Assembly: GCF_000011325.1 (NCBI RefSeq)
Contig: NC_003450.3
Coordinates: 300,001 to 332,000, forward strand
Direction of reading: 5' to 3'
Source of the DNA: Corynebacterium glutamicum ATCC 13032
GTDB lineage: Bacteria > Actinomycetota > Actinomycetes > Mycobacteriales > Mycobacteriaceae
DNA length: 32,000 nucleotides
Positions within the stretch are counted from its first letter, which is position 1. Every line of letters begins with the position of its first letter. The notes below the pieces were generated by a model. The model was not told where the DNA came from. It searched no databases and saw only the letters and a program-made list of their open reading frames with translations. Of the stretch, positions 9,306 through 17,896 are shown piece after piece. The position numbers and the translations under genes were made by a program.

Positions 9306-10041
9306 CTACCCTGATTTACCGCATGATTTCCCAGGTCAAAACACAGAGCTCACCCCCGCAAAGGCACCCGTGTGGATGCACCGACTCTTAGACCGCATCC
9401 ACACCGGCCGCATGGCCAACCCGCTGGACGGTGCGGAAACGCTCGGCGACACAGACTCCGAAAAGCGCGCTGCCGTGCTCATGCTATTTTCTGGCTCGGA
9501 AACCTCCTTTGACCTGCCCAATGACGCCTCCGTGCTGCTGACGCACCGCACCCCGACGATGCGTTCCCATGCAGGTCAGATTGCCTTTCCCGGTGGCCGA
9601 ATCGACCCCACCGATACTAACGCCGTGGACTGCGCCTTCCGCGAGGCCTGGGAAGAAACCGGGCTGGATCGCCGCACCGCAACCCCATTAGCCCAGCTCA
9701 ACGAGGTGCACATCCGTGCCACCGGATACCCCGTCTACCCAATCCTTGGACACTGGCACACCCCATCACCCGTCGCCGTGGCCAGCCCACACGAAACCGA
9801 CGAAGTTTTCGACGCCCCACTCTACGACCTCATCGACCCCAAAAACCGCCTCATGGTCGGCTGGCGCGAATGGCACGGACCAGCGTTTCGAATCAACGAC
9901 TACATCATCTGGGGATTCACCGGCGGACTACTCTCCGCGATCCTCGACACCGCCGGCTGGGCCACCGAATGGGACACCGACCGCATCTTCGACCTGGAAA
10001 ATACATTGTCAACATCTCGCAACAATGAGCGTATGCGTTAG
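9298..10041 (+). CDS. NUDIX hydrolase (CoA pyrophosphatase-like)
   Basis: Nudix box ...GGRIDPTDTNAVDCAFREAWEETGL.... I prefer the ATG at 9298, which overlaps the upstream stop (ATGCGTAA), over the track start at 9262. Confidence 0.85.
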   Translation: MRNYPDLPHDFPGQNTELTPAKAPVWMHRLLDRIHTGRMANPLDGAETLGDTDSEKRAAVLMLFSGSETSFDLPNDASVLLTHRTPTMRSHAGQIAFPGGRIDPTDTNAVDCAFREAWEETGLDRRTATPLAQLNEVHIRATGYPVYPILGHWHTPSPVAVASPHETDEVFDAPLYDLIDPKNRLMVGWREWHGPAFRINDYIIWGFTGGLLSAILDTAGWATEWDTDRIFDLENTLSTSRNNERMR

Positions 10042-10131
10042 GCTGACGGGCTCCGGTGGCCTAAAATCGAAGCGATCTAAAAATTTGGCAGTTAATATTA
10101 TCGATTTTCGAAAGCGTAGAACACCAAACCA

Positions 10132-11328
10132 TTGTTGAGCCCCAGCCTGGTCGTCGATGCCGTCATCGTCCTCGTTATGGCATTCGCCCTGTGGGGTGGT
10201 TGGCGTCAAGGCGCCTTCACCTCGCTGCTGTCCACCGTCGGCGTCGTTTCTGGCCTGGTAGTTGGCGCAGCAGCAGCTCCATTTGTCATGGGTCTCACCG
10301 ATTCCACCGCGCTTCGCTTCCTCCTGGCGATCGGCACCGTGGTGCTGCTGGTTGGTTTGGGAAATCTCATCGGCGCCCACTTGGGTGCTGCGATTAGAGA
10401 CAACATCAAATTCCGAAGTTCCAGGACCTTAGATTCTGGGCTCGGCGCCATTTTCCAAGTATTGGCCACCTTGATCGTGGTGTGGCTCGTCGCAATTCCC
10501 CTGGCCACAGGCCTCCCCGGAACTGTCGCCAGCGGAATTAGAGACTCCCGCATCCTGGGCTTTGTAGACAAATACACCCCGCAAGGCCTAGATACCCTGC
10601 CCTCCAAAATCGCTGCGATGCTCAGCGAATCCGGCCTCCCACCACTGATTTCCCCCTTCACCGGCGGATCCTCGGTGGAAGTGGACGCCCCCGAAATCAA
10701 CGTCACCAACGTTGACCTAGTCGAAGCAATGCGCCCGTCCGTCATCCACGTGATGGGTGACGCCCAAGAATGCAGCCGCCGACTCATGGGTTCTGGCTTT
10801 GTGGCATCCCCCGACTACGTTGTGACCAACGCCCACGTTGTTGCAGGTACCTCCACCGTCAGCCTGGATACCATGATCGGAACCCGCTCCGCAGAGGTAG
10901 TGTTCTACGACCCGAACCTGGACATCGCAGTCCTTTACAGCCCTGACCTCGGCTTGGATCCACTGCCGTGGGCATCCACTCCGCTAGACACTGGCGATGA
11001 AGCAATCGTCATGGGATTCCCACAGTCCGGACCTTTCAACGCCTCCCCAGCCAGGGTCCGCGAACGCATCATGATCACCGGCAGCAACATTTACGCCAAC
11101 GGCCAGCACGAACGCGAAGCCTATTCAGTCCGCGGATCCATCCAATCTGGAAACTCCGGCGGCCCAATGACCAACGAAATGGGTGAAGTGGTTGGTGTTG
11201 TCTTCGGCGCAGCGATCGACGGCTCCGATACCGGTTACGTTCTCACTGCCGAAGAGGTACAGGAGCGGATCGGCGACATCACCGCGCTGACTCAGCCTGT
11301 CGATACGATGCAGTGCGCGGTTTCTTAG
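10132..11328 (+). CDS. MarP-like membrane serine protease (CvpA-type TM domain plus trypsin-like S1 domain; Rv3671c-like)
   Basis: TTG start. Four predicted N-terminal TM helices. The C-terminal domain has TNAHVV (His) and GNSGGP (Ser) motifs. Confidence 0.9.
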   Translation: MLSPSLVVDAVIVLVMAFALWGGWRQGAFTSLLSTVGVVSGLVVGAAAAPFVMGLTDSTALRFLLAIGTVVLLVGLGNLIGAHLGAAIRDNIKFRSSRTLDSGLGAIFQVLATLIVVWLVAIPLATGLPGTVASGIRDSRILGFVDKYTPQGLDTLPSKIAAMLSESGLPPLISPFTGGSSVEVDAPEINVTNVDLVEAMRPSVIHVMGDAQECSRRLMGSGFVASPDYVVTNAHVVAGTSTVSLDTMIGTRSAEVVFYDPNLDIAVLYSPDLGLDPLPWASTPLDTGDEAIVMGFPQSGPFNASPARVRERIMITGSNIYANGQHEREAYSVRGSIQSGNSGGPMTNEMGEVVGVVFGAAIDGSDTGYVLTAEEVQERIGDITALTQPVDTMQCAVS

Positions 11329-11353
11329 TCGTCGGGAGCTAGGACCAGACAGG

Positions 11354-11401
11354 GATGCCCACGATTGCGGTTTTTCCGTTGCGTGGGCAGTGTGGTTTGG
11401 T
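11354..11401. repeat. Copy 1 of a 48-bp perfect direct repeat containing a hairpin
   Basis: GATGCCCACGATTGCGGTTTTTCCGTTGCGTGGGCAGTGTGGTTTGGT, with an internal GCCCACG...CGTGGGC stem. Confidence 0.9.
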
Positions 11402-11425
11402 TTTGGGGGCTCGGAACCGGTCACA

Positions 11426-11473
11426 GATGCCCACGATTGCGGTTTTTCCGTTGCGTGGGCAGTGTGGTTTGGT
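11426..11473. repeat. Copy 2 of the 48-bp perfect direct repeat
   Basis: Identical 48-mer, exactly 72 bp downstream of copy 1. Confidence 0.9.
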
Positions 11474-11660
11474 CTTGGCAGTGAATCGCCCAATCCGAGA
11501 TAGATACGACCAATCCTGTGTGGCGTTTTAAGGGCCTGGAATAGGAGAGGTGTCTATTGGTATGGGTCGGGGAATCCCAAGCGCTTAGAGGGGCATATAG
11601 GGAGTTTTGGTTTTTGAGTGACTAGGGGGAAATCCGTGAGGTTTGCGGTCGAACTAGATG

Positions 11661-11722
11661 AAACCAGACACACGTGACAAAAATTGCTAAAACATCTAAG
11701 TTTTGGCACGCCTGTTTGGTTT
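11661..11722. repeat. Long imperfect hairpin element, copy A
   Basis: Left arm AAACCAGACACACGTGACAA pairs with right arm TTGGCACGCCTGTTTGGTTT at 16 of 20 positions, with a loop of about 22 nt. Confidence 0.85.
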
Positions 11723-11732
11723 CGAGTCGCTC

Positions 11733-11792
11733 AAACCAGACACACGTGACAAAACCTGGCGAAAATCTTGATTCTTGTCACGCCTGTCTGGT
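11733..11792. repeat. Long imperfect hairpin element, copy B
   Basis: The left 22-mer AAACCAGACACACGTGACAAAA is identical to copy A and lies exactly 72 bp downstream. It pairs with the right arm TTGTCACGCCTGTCTGGT at 16 of 18 positions. Confidence 0.85.
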
Positions 11793-11895
11793 CCGGTCAA
11801 TGCGCCGGGGTAAAACCAGGGAAAAACCACTAATTCACGCCAAAATCATGCGACCTTCTGACGCCAAATGAGCAGCAGCGCCTCAGCCACAGTGC

Positions 11896-12891
11896 TTAAA
11901 ACGTGGTGCGCGCGAACTCTGCGATGGTTGCTGCAAATTCGGAAGGGTTCTCGAGGTAGGGGAGTTCGTAGCCGCCGGGGATCGCGATGGTGGTGAATGG
12001 CCCTGTCGTTCGAGTGCGCGCAGTATTGGCTAGATGTTCCCAGCGTCGAGTGTTGGTTCTGAGCAGCCACACCGGTGCGGAGACTGTTTTGCTGGGGATC
12101 GACCCAACGAGGTAGCGGTTGGTGCGGATGATCGGGGTGATGGTGTGGTCGATCGATAGTGCTTTTTTGCGGAGGAGCACTGTCTCTGTGAATGCGTTGC
12201 TGCGCTGGTAGGACGAGGACGTGTTGTTGACGATCTCACGTCGAGCTTCGCTGGTGATTCCGAAGTGGAAGAGGTTATGCAGGAATGAGGGCAACCGAAA
12301 AGGAGCAAGTCGGCTGAGGTCAGAGACGTGTAGGTGGGGTTTTCGTCGGATGGCGCGTCGCATGTCAAGGGGGTGGATCGCGCCGAGGGAAATTAGGCCG
12401 CGGACCCGTTCGGGGTACATGGAAGCGATAGCCCAGGCGATGCTGGCGCCGGTGTCGGAGCCGACAAGAAGTGCGTCATCGTGGCCGAGAGCTGCGATAA
12501 CGCTGCTGAGTTCTCCGGCTGCGTGGCGGAGGTCGTAGCCTGTTGGGGGTTTGTCGGACATGCCGTAGCCGCGTAGATCGATGGCGGCGACGTGGAAGCC
12601 GGCATCTGCGAGTGGGCCGATGACTTCGCGGTAGTCGTACCAACCGCCGAAAGCCCCGTGGATCAGAAGAACCAGGGGTTTGGTGGGGGAGCCTGCCTCT
12701 GCTAAATGGAGGCGAATGCCACGTACGGAGACGTGATCGTGGGTGAACGGTCCGTCTAGGGCAATGATGCCGGGGGAGCGTTCAATCGACGCGATTGTGC
12801 TGCTCAGGCGCCGTTTGGCGCCTGTGGCTTTGGAGCGGCTGCCGGGGATGAGGCGGGTGAGGGGAGACGTCGAAAAGCTAAAAAAGGCCAT
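11896..12891 (-). CDS. alpha/beta-fold hydrolase (epoxide hydrolase-like, Rv3670/EphE-like)
   Basis: I prefer the ATG at 12891 (MAFFSFSTSPL...), which has AAGGAGA upstream; the track ORF extends to 13143 across the upstream gene. Motifs: HGAFGGW and GSDTGAS (Asp nucleophile elbow). Confidence 0.85.
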   Translation of the reverse strand: MAFFSFSTSPLTRLIPGSRSKATGAKRRLSSTIASIERSPGIIALDGPFTHDHVSVRGIRLHLAEAGSPTKPLVLLIHGAFGGWYDYREVIGPLADAGFHVAAIDLRGYGMSDKPPTGYDLRHAAGELSSVIAALGHDDALLVGSDTGASIAWAIASMYPERVRGLISLGAIHPLDMRRAIRRKPHLHVSDLSRLAPFRLPSFLHNLFHFGITSEARREIVNNTSSSYQRSNAFTETVLLRKKALSIDHTITPIIRTNRYLVGSIPSKTVSAPVWLLRTNTRRWEHLANTARTRTTGPFTTIAIPGGYELPYLENPSEFAATIAEFARTTF

Positions 12892-12905
12892 CGAAGTCTC
12901 CTTTT

Positions 12906-13457
12906 TTAGTGGTCGCCAGTGATGGCGCCGGGGCTGTGGAAGGACGCGGAGGTGTAGAGGCCACGCTTGTTGGCCTTCTCCAGCTTCTCGGATGCCTGAC
13001 CTGGGACCAGGTTCTTCAGTTGGTTGACCGATTGGATGGTGTTCTTCGGAGCGCCCATCTTCTTCACCTTGCGCCAGCCGAACAGTGCGAGAGCTGCGGC
13101 GATGACCAGCATGAAGAGGAACACGATGAGGAATGCTGCCCAAGGCTTAATCCACTCGCTCAGCAGTGCTGCGACGAAGAAGAAAAAGAAGAAGGAGCTG
13201 TACAGTGCGATTACGCCAGCAACGCTGAATGCGCCGCCGCCGATGGCAGCTTTCTTGGCTTCGCCTGCGAGTTCAGTCTTCGCCAGCTCAACTTCTGCGC
13301 GGAAAAGGCTGGACATTTGGGAGGTTGCGTTGGAGATCAGCGTGCCGATGGAGGCTTCACCGCTAACGCTGGTATCCACATCGCTGAGGGGAATTGAATC
13401 CACCTTAGGTGCAAACGTGCTGTTACCGTCAGTAAAAAGGCCGTCTTTGTTGCTCAC
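12906..13457 (-). CDS. Membrane protein, actinobacterial holin-X / DUF1469-like (Rv3669-like)
   Basis: GTG at 13457 with GGAGGAG 8 nt upstream. Two TM helices follow an amphipathic segment (FRAEVELAKTELAGEAKKAA). Confidence 0.7.
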   Translation of the reverse strand: MSNKDGLFTDGNSTFAPKVDSIPLSDVDTSVSGEASIGTLISNATSQMSSLFRAEVELAKTELAGEAKKAAIGGGAFSVAGVIALYSSFFFFFFVAALLSEWIKPWAAFLIVFLFMLVIAAALALFGWRKVKKMGAPKNTIQSVNQLKNLVPGQASEKLEKANKRGLYTSASFHSPGAITGDH

Positions 13458-13621
13458 GTGGAAGCTCCTCCAGTGTTTAAAATTAGCGTTCGTTATTCCC
13501 AATCGTGCCACGAAATCTCATCTTGGGTGAAGTTTAGCGTGACTGGACATTCGATATACATATTAAACGATGCTTGTCGACGCCCCCACCCACCATGCCA
13601 CTAACTGCTGTCAGGTGAGGC

Positions 13622-14464
13622 TCAGGCCGATCCGCGCCGTGCGCGTTTCATCCACCAGATACTACCTGCTGTAACAGCTGCGATGCCGGCAACAACTCCG
13701 GTTCCGATGCCGACGTCGCGGGTGCTGGGCATTTGGAACAGCGGTTCAGGGTTTTTGAAGCTTAAGATTTTCCACCCCTGTTCAAGGGCGATTTTCTTCA
13801 GCGCGCGGTCGGGGTTGACGGCGGCCGGGTTGCCGACAGCTTCCAACATGGGCAGGTCCGTGAAGGAATCGGAGTAGGCGAAGCTTAAGGAAAGGTCGTA
13901 ATTGTTCGCCTCGGCGAGATCCAGGATGGACTGCGCTTTAGCGTCGCCTTTGCAGTAAAACAGCACTTCACCGGTGTACATACCGTCGTGGGCTTCAAGC
14001 ACGGTGGTGACAGTTTTATGTACACCCAGTTCGCGGGCGATGGGTTCCACCAGTTCTTTCACAGAGGCGGAAATGATGATGACATCGTGGCCGAGCTCCT
14101 GGTGGTGCTCGATCAGTTCGCGGGCCTCTGCGTAGATGGTGGGAGTGACCACCGAATGCATGGTTTCCTCCGCGATCGAGCGCACCTGTTGGACTTCCCA
14201 GCCGCGGATCATGGCGGTGAGTTGGTCGCGGGTGTTGTCCATTTGTTCACTGGTGTGGCCGGCGAACATGTACGTTGCTTGCGCGAGGCTTAATTGCAGG
14301 GCTTCGACAGGGGAGATGAGCCCGCTGTTCATGAACTCACGGCCGTAGGCGTAGGTGGAACTCATGGCGATGATGGTCTTGTCCAGATCGAAAAAAGCAG
14401 CCACCTTTGTGGGGGTGGTCGCAGTGGTGCCCTCTACTTTTTGGGCGGGATCTGGGTGCTTCAC
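13622..14464 (-). CDS. HAD-IB family hydrolase (SerB-like phosphatase) with a C-terminal membrane anchor
   Basis: HAD motif I FFDLDKTII. C-terminal TM segment GIGTGVVAGIAAVTAGSIWW. The start is uncertain: GTG at 14464 is preferred on length, and the track start is 14599. Confidence 0.8.
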   Translation of the reverse strand: MKHPDPAQKVEGTTATTPTKVAAFFDLDKTIIAMSSTYAYGREFMNSGLISPVEALQLSLAQATYMFAGHTSEQMDNTRDQLTAMIRGWEVQQVRSIAEETMHSVVTPTIYAEARELIEHHQELGHDVIIISASVKELVEPIARELGVHKTVTTVLEAHDGMYTGEVLFYCKGDAKAQSILDLAEANNYDLSLSFAYSDSFTDLPMLEAVGNPAAVNPDRALKKIALEQGWKILSFKNPEPLFQMPSTRDVGIGTGVVAGIAAVTAGSIWWMKRARRGSA

Positions 14465-14642
14465 ACCGCATAGTTTAGCGCTTTTTGGCAACTTTCCAAG
14501 ACTGAGAAAGAAACTAAAGTTACCAATGAGATTGAAGTGACGTGCTGGGGTTGCGCATTGGGAATGTAGAAGGCGTGCGGGAAGTGTCATTTGCCACACT
14601 GTTAAGTATTCGTGTTATTCGAATAAATAATCGGGTTTGATG

Positions 14643-14671
14643 TTGTCTTGTGGCGTTTGATATGCCATAAT
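14643..14671 (+). promoter_or_regulatory. Candidate promoter of the 6C RNA
   Basis: TTGTCT (14643-14648), a 17-nt spacer, then CATAAT (14666-14671). This predicts a TSS near 14677. Confidence 0.35.
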
Positions 14672-14676
14672 TTCAG

Positions 14677-14788
14677 GTGCAAGGCCCCGATATACAGTGT
14701 GGCCTGCCCCGGCACAATCCCCCCCCGTTGCCGGGTTACTGACGGCCCGCGCACACCCCCCCCGAGGCGCGGGCCGTCCCTTATTTTC
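14677..14788 (+). ncRNA. 6C-family small RNA (actinobacterial 6C / mycobacterial B11 type)
   Basis: Two adjacent GC-rich hairpins have C-run loops. The first is CCCGGCA(14708-14714)-loop CAATCCCCCCCGT-TGCCGGG(14728-14734). The second is GACGGCCCGCGC(14740-14751)-loop ACACCCCCCCCCGAG-GCGCGGGCCGTC(14767-14778), followed by CCTTATTTTC. C-rich loops appear only on the + strand. The locus lies between the HAD gene and the ssd/tad cluster, which as I recall is where 6C/B11 sits in Mycobacterium and C. glutamicum. The 5' end is approximate. Confidence 0.75.
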
Positions 14789-14907
14789 TAAACTAGTGCC
14801 CTTAGCAGATTTTCTGTGCCTCTGCATTCGAAAGTGAAAATTATTCACAGGTGAGCGTATCGCGGGCGGTTGAGAGGTGAGTTATCCACAGGCCGCAGAG
14901 GGGGTCG

Positions 14908-16005
14908 TTGAAAGCACGTAAGCCTCAGGCCACAGTAGGTGCCATGAACACCATCACACACCAAGCAATTCTCATCGCAGTGGAAGATCCGGTCCTGCAC
15001 CCAGAGGCCATGCACGTAGCTGCAGCCACTGGTCGGCCGGTTATTGAAACAACAAATTTGATGGACATCTCCAGGCATTTTCACCGCACATCGGCAGTGC
15101 TCATTGATGCGTCGATGGCCTCTCAATTATCACCTGGGAAACGCCGCGACAGGGTGTTTCTTCTCGATTCTGATCCAGGGCCCTCTGATTGGAAAACGGC
15201 GATGAAAATCCACGCTGAGCAAGCCATGTTGCTTCCCGCTCAGGCAGGGGAGTTGCTCAGCGCTTTAGGCAGAGATGACAAACAACTGCCGGTGGCTTCG
15301 GGCCATGTCATCGGTGTTGCCGGGGTGGTGGGAGGAACAGGCGCGAGCACGTTTGCTGCGGCGCTCGCAAAGCGGCGTGCGGAGTCAGTCACCACTGTGC
15401 TTATCGACGCCGACCCTTCCTCTGGCGGCATCGACCTGTTGCTAGGAATCGAAGATGTGCCCGGCGCGCGGTGGCCTGATGTGGGGTTGCGTCGCGGAAC
15501 TGTCCAGGCTGCTGATGTGTTGAAAGCGCTGCCGAGCACTCCTGATGAGGTCGTGGTGTTGTCTACGGCGCGGTCTAATATTCTGGATCCTTTTGCATTA
15601 TCCGAGTCTGATGTTTCGGCGGCGATTGATTGTTTCTTAAGCGCCGATAGGTCGGTGGATGTGGTGGTGGATCTGCCTCATGCGAGAGTGCATCCAGATA
15701 TTGCGGAGCGCTTATCCCACCTGGTGTTAGTCATCCCTGCAGAGGTCCGAGCGGTGGCTGCTGCCAGGGCTCGGTGTCTGGAATTACAACAATTGCATGT
15801 ATCCATCACGTGCGTGTTGAGGCATCGCGGGTGGTCAGGTTTGGATGTTGCAGAAGTGGAAGAGATTTTAGGTGCGGATATTACCGCGGAGGTTGGCTCG
15901 ATCCAGCGGCTGGCTAAGTCCGTGGAGATGCATGGGCTGACCGGTTCTTTGCCGAGGGTTTTAAGCTCAGCATGCGACGCGGTCCTCGGGGAGGTGGCGG
16001 CATGA
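14908..16005 (+). CDS. CpaE/TadZ-like ParA/MinD-superfamily protein (septum site-determining protein Ssd-like, Rv3660c-like)
   Basis: 365 aa. The ParA-like core has a degenerate P-loop, GVAGVVGGTGAST. TTG at 14908 per the track; ATG at 14944 is an alternative start. Its stop overlaps the tadA start (ATGA). Confidence 0.8.
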   Translation: MKARKPQATVGAMNTITHQAILIAVEDPVLHPEAMHVAAATGRPVIETTNLMDISRHFHRTSAVLIDASMASQLSPGKRRDRVFLLDSDPGPSDWKTAMKIHAEQAMLLPAQAGELLSALGRDDKQLPVASGHVIGVAGVVGGTGASTFAAALAKRRAESVTTVLIDADPSSGGIDLLLGIEDVPGARWPDVGLRRGTVQAADVLKALPSTPDEVVVLSTARSNILDPFALSESDVSAAIDCFLSADRSVDVVVDLPHARVHPDIAERLSHLVLVIPAEVRAVAAARARCLELQQLHVSITCVLRHRGWSGLDVAEVEEILGADITAEVGSIQRLAKSVEMHGLTGSLPRVLSSACDAVLGEVAA

Positions 16006-17135
16006 CTGACATTGATCTGGTGGTGGAAAACGTCCAAAGGATTATCGCCACCAAAGAGACACCGCCGACCTCTGCGGAAATAGCGAGCCTGATTCGGGAA
16101 CAAGCAGGCGTGATCAGTAACGAGGACATCGTGATGGTGTTGCGTCGACTGCGCAGTGATTCTGTGGGCGTGGGACCGTTGGAATCTCTGCTTGCGCTTC
16201 CTGGCGTGACGGATGTGTTGGTTAATGCCCATGACAGCGTGTGGATTGATCGCGGTCAGGGCGTGGAGAAAGTCGACATGGATCTGGGCTCAGAGGAGGC
16301 GGTGCGTCGCCTTGCCACCCGGTTGGCGTTGACCTGTGGCAGACGCTTAGATGATGCGCAGCCTTTCGCTGATGGCCGAATCACCAGGGACGACGGCAGC
16401 GTGTTGCGCATTCACGCGGTGTTGGCACCCTTGGCGGAATCCGGCACGTGCATCAGTGTGCGAGTACTGCGTCAAGCACGGCTGAGCCTTGATGATCTTA
16501 TCCAAAGCGGCACGGTGCCTGAGGACATCGCGCCTGCGCTCCGGAACATCATCAATCAACGGCGCTCGTTCCTTGTTGTCGGTGGCACCGGCACAGGGAA
16601 AACCACATTGCTGTCCGCGATGCTCACCGAAGTTCCCGCTGATCAACGAATCATCTGCATCGAGGACACCGCAGAGCTTCATCCCGGCCATCCAAGCACC
16701 ATCAACTTGGTGTCTCGCCAAGCAAACGTCGAGGGCGCCGGCGCCGTGAGCATGGCGGATTTGTTGAAACAATCGCTGCGCATGAGGCCTGACCGGATTG
16801 TCGTCGGAGAGATTCGCGGTGCGGAAGTCGTGGATCTTTTGGCTGCGATGAATACCGGACACGACGGCGGTGCTGGCACCATTCACGCGAACTCCATCTC
16901 TGAAGTTCCCGCGCGCATGGAAGCTCTTGCGGCGACCGGCGGATTGGACCGCATGGCATTGCATTCTCAACTCGCGGCCGCAGTGGACATTGTGCTGGTC
17001 ATGAAACACACCCCTTTTGGCCGCAGGCTAGCTCAACTCGGGGTGCTCCGCGGAAATCCTGTGACCACGCAGGTGGTGTGGGATTTGGACCACGGCATGC
17101 ACGAAGGGAGCGAAGAGGCATGGTTTATGCCCTAG
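16002..17135 (+). CDS. tadA: Type II/IV secretion ATPase, TadA/CpaF family
   Basis: Walker A GGTGTGKTT, Walker B-type RIVVGEIRG, His box TGHDGGAGTIHAN. I prefer the ATG at 16002 (MTDIDLVVENV...). Confidence 0.9.
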   Translation: MTDIDLVVENVQRIIATKETPPTSAEIASLIREQAGVISNEDIVMVLRRLRSDSVGVGPLESLLALPGVTDVLVNAHDSVWIDRGQGVEKVDMDLGSEEAVRRLATRLALTCGRRLDDAQPFADGRITRDDGSVLRIHAVLAPLAESGTCISVRVLRQARLSLDDLIQSGTVPEDIAPALRNIINQRRSFLVVGGTGTGKTTLLSAMLTEVPADQRIICIEDTAELHPGHPSTINLVSRQANVEGAGAVSMADLLKQSLRMRPDRIVVGEIRGAEVVDLLAAMNTGHDGGAGTIHANSISEVPARMEALAATGGLDRMALHSQLAAAVDIVLVMKHTPFGRRLAQLGVLRGNPVTTQVVWDLDHGMHEGSEEAWFMP

Positions 17136-17896
17136 GCCTTCTTAGCGTGGCGGTGTTGATCTCTGGTTCAAGGGGCCCCGGCGCGCGTACCAGGCCACCA
17201 ACACCTGGGAATGGCGTCCATCTATTCGCCCTAATTGCACTATTTTGCCTGGCCACAGTGCTATTTATCGTCGTTGACGCCTACACGATGATCGCCGGCA
17301 TCATCATCGCCACAACTCTATTCTGGTATCTCCGCCAGACACACGCCGCAGCCCAACGCACCAAACAATCCCTCCAATTAGCCAGCTTCTTAAGCCTCTG
17401 CGCAGGCAATTTACGCGCCGGGGTCACCATGGTCGACGCCATGGACTACGCGCTCGACAACACCACGCCGGACAAATTCTTAAGCCCCACGTTGCAGACC
17501 GCAGCCAGGCAGGCGCGCTCGGGCGGCAGCGGGCCGCGAGTGCTTATCGACGCCTCCCTCCCCGATCTTCAACGCCTCGGCCATTTGTGGGAAACATCAG
17601 AACGACACGGCATCCCGCTGGTCGCCCTCATTGATCAAATGAGGTCCCGGATTTCATCGAAGCAACGCCACGGCGAATCCACCCGAGCTGCACTCCAAGG
17701 ACCGCAAGCAACCGCAGTGATCCTTACCGTGTTGCCACTAGCAGGAATGCTCATGGGCACAGCCATGGGAGCAAACCCCCTTGGGCTACTCACCGGTGGT
17801 GGGATCGGTGGGTTCCTGCTTGTCATCGGTGTGGGCCTCGATGCTGCAGGGTTTGTGCTCACCCACAAAATTCTCCAGAGCGCGAGCCCCTCATGA
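17120..17896 (+). CDS. tadB: TadB-like type II secretion system F-domain membrane protein
   Basis: Polytopic membrane protein immediately after tadA. I prefer the ATG at 17120 (MVYALGLLSVAVL...), which overlaps the tadA end by 16 nt. Confidence 0.75.
   Translation: MVYALGLLSVAVLISGSRGPGARTRPPTPGNGVHLFALIALFCLATVLFIVVDAYTMIAGIIIATTLFWYLRQTHAAAQRTKQSLQLASFLSLCAGNLRAGVTMVDAMDYALDNTTPDKFLSPTLQTAARQARSGGSGPRVLIDASLPDLQRLGHLWETSERHGIPLVALIDQMRSRISSKQRHGESTRAALQGPQATAVILTVLPLAGMLMGTAMGANPLGLLTGGGIGGFLLVIGVGLDAAGFVLTHKILQSASPS

Noticed and set aside
11354-11473. Possible CRISPR array
   Set aside because: There are only two repeat copies. The repeat is 48 bp with a 24-bp spacer, which is atypical geometry, and no cas genes are in the window.
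11125-11871. ORFs 11125-11493 (-) and 11674-11871 (+), which contain internally repeated peptides
   Set aside because: The peptide repeats simply mirror the DNA direct repeats and hairpins. There is no RBS, and the first ORF overlaps the marP-like 3' end antisense.
13176-13197. Purine tract GAAGAAGAAAAAGAAGAAGGAG, which encodes a run of six Phe on the minus strand
   Set aside because: It lies inside a TM helix of the holin-X-like protein. It is not a true homopolymer or simple-sequence repeat, so there is no evidence of phase variation.
14615-14848. 77-aa and 93-aa minus-strand ORFs across the 6C region
   Set aside because: They run antisense through the GC hairpins of the sRNA. The Gly/Pro/Arg-rich translation is an artefact of the C-run loops.
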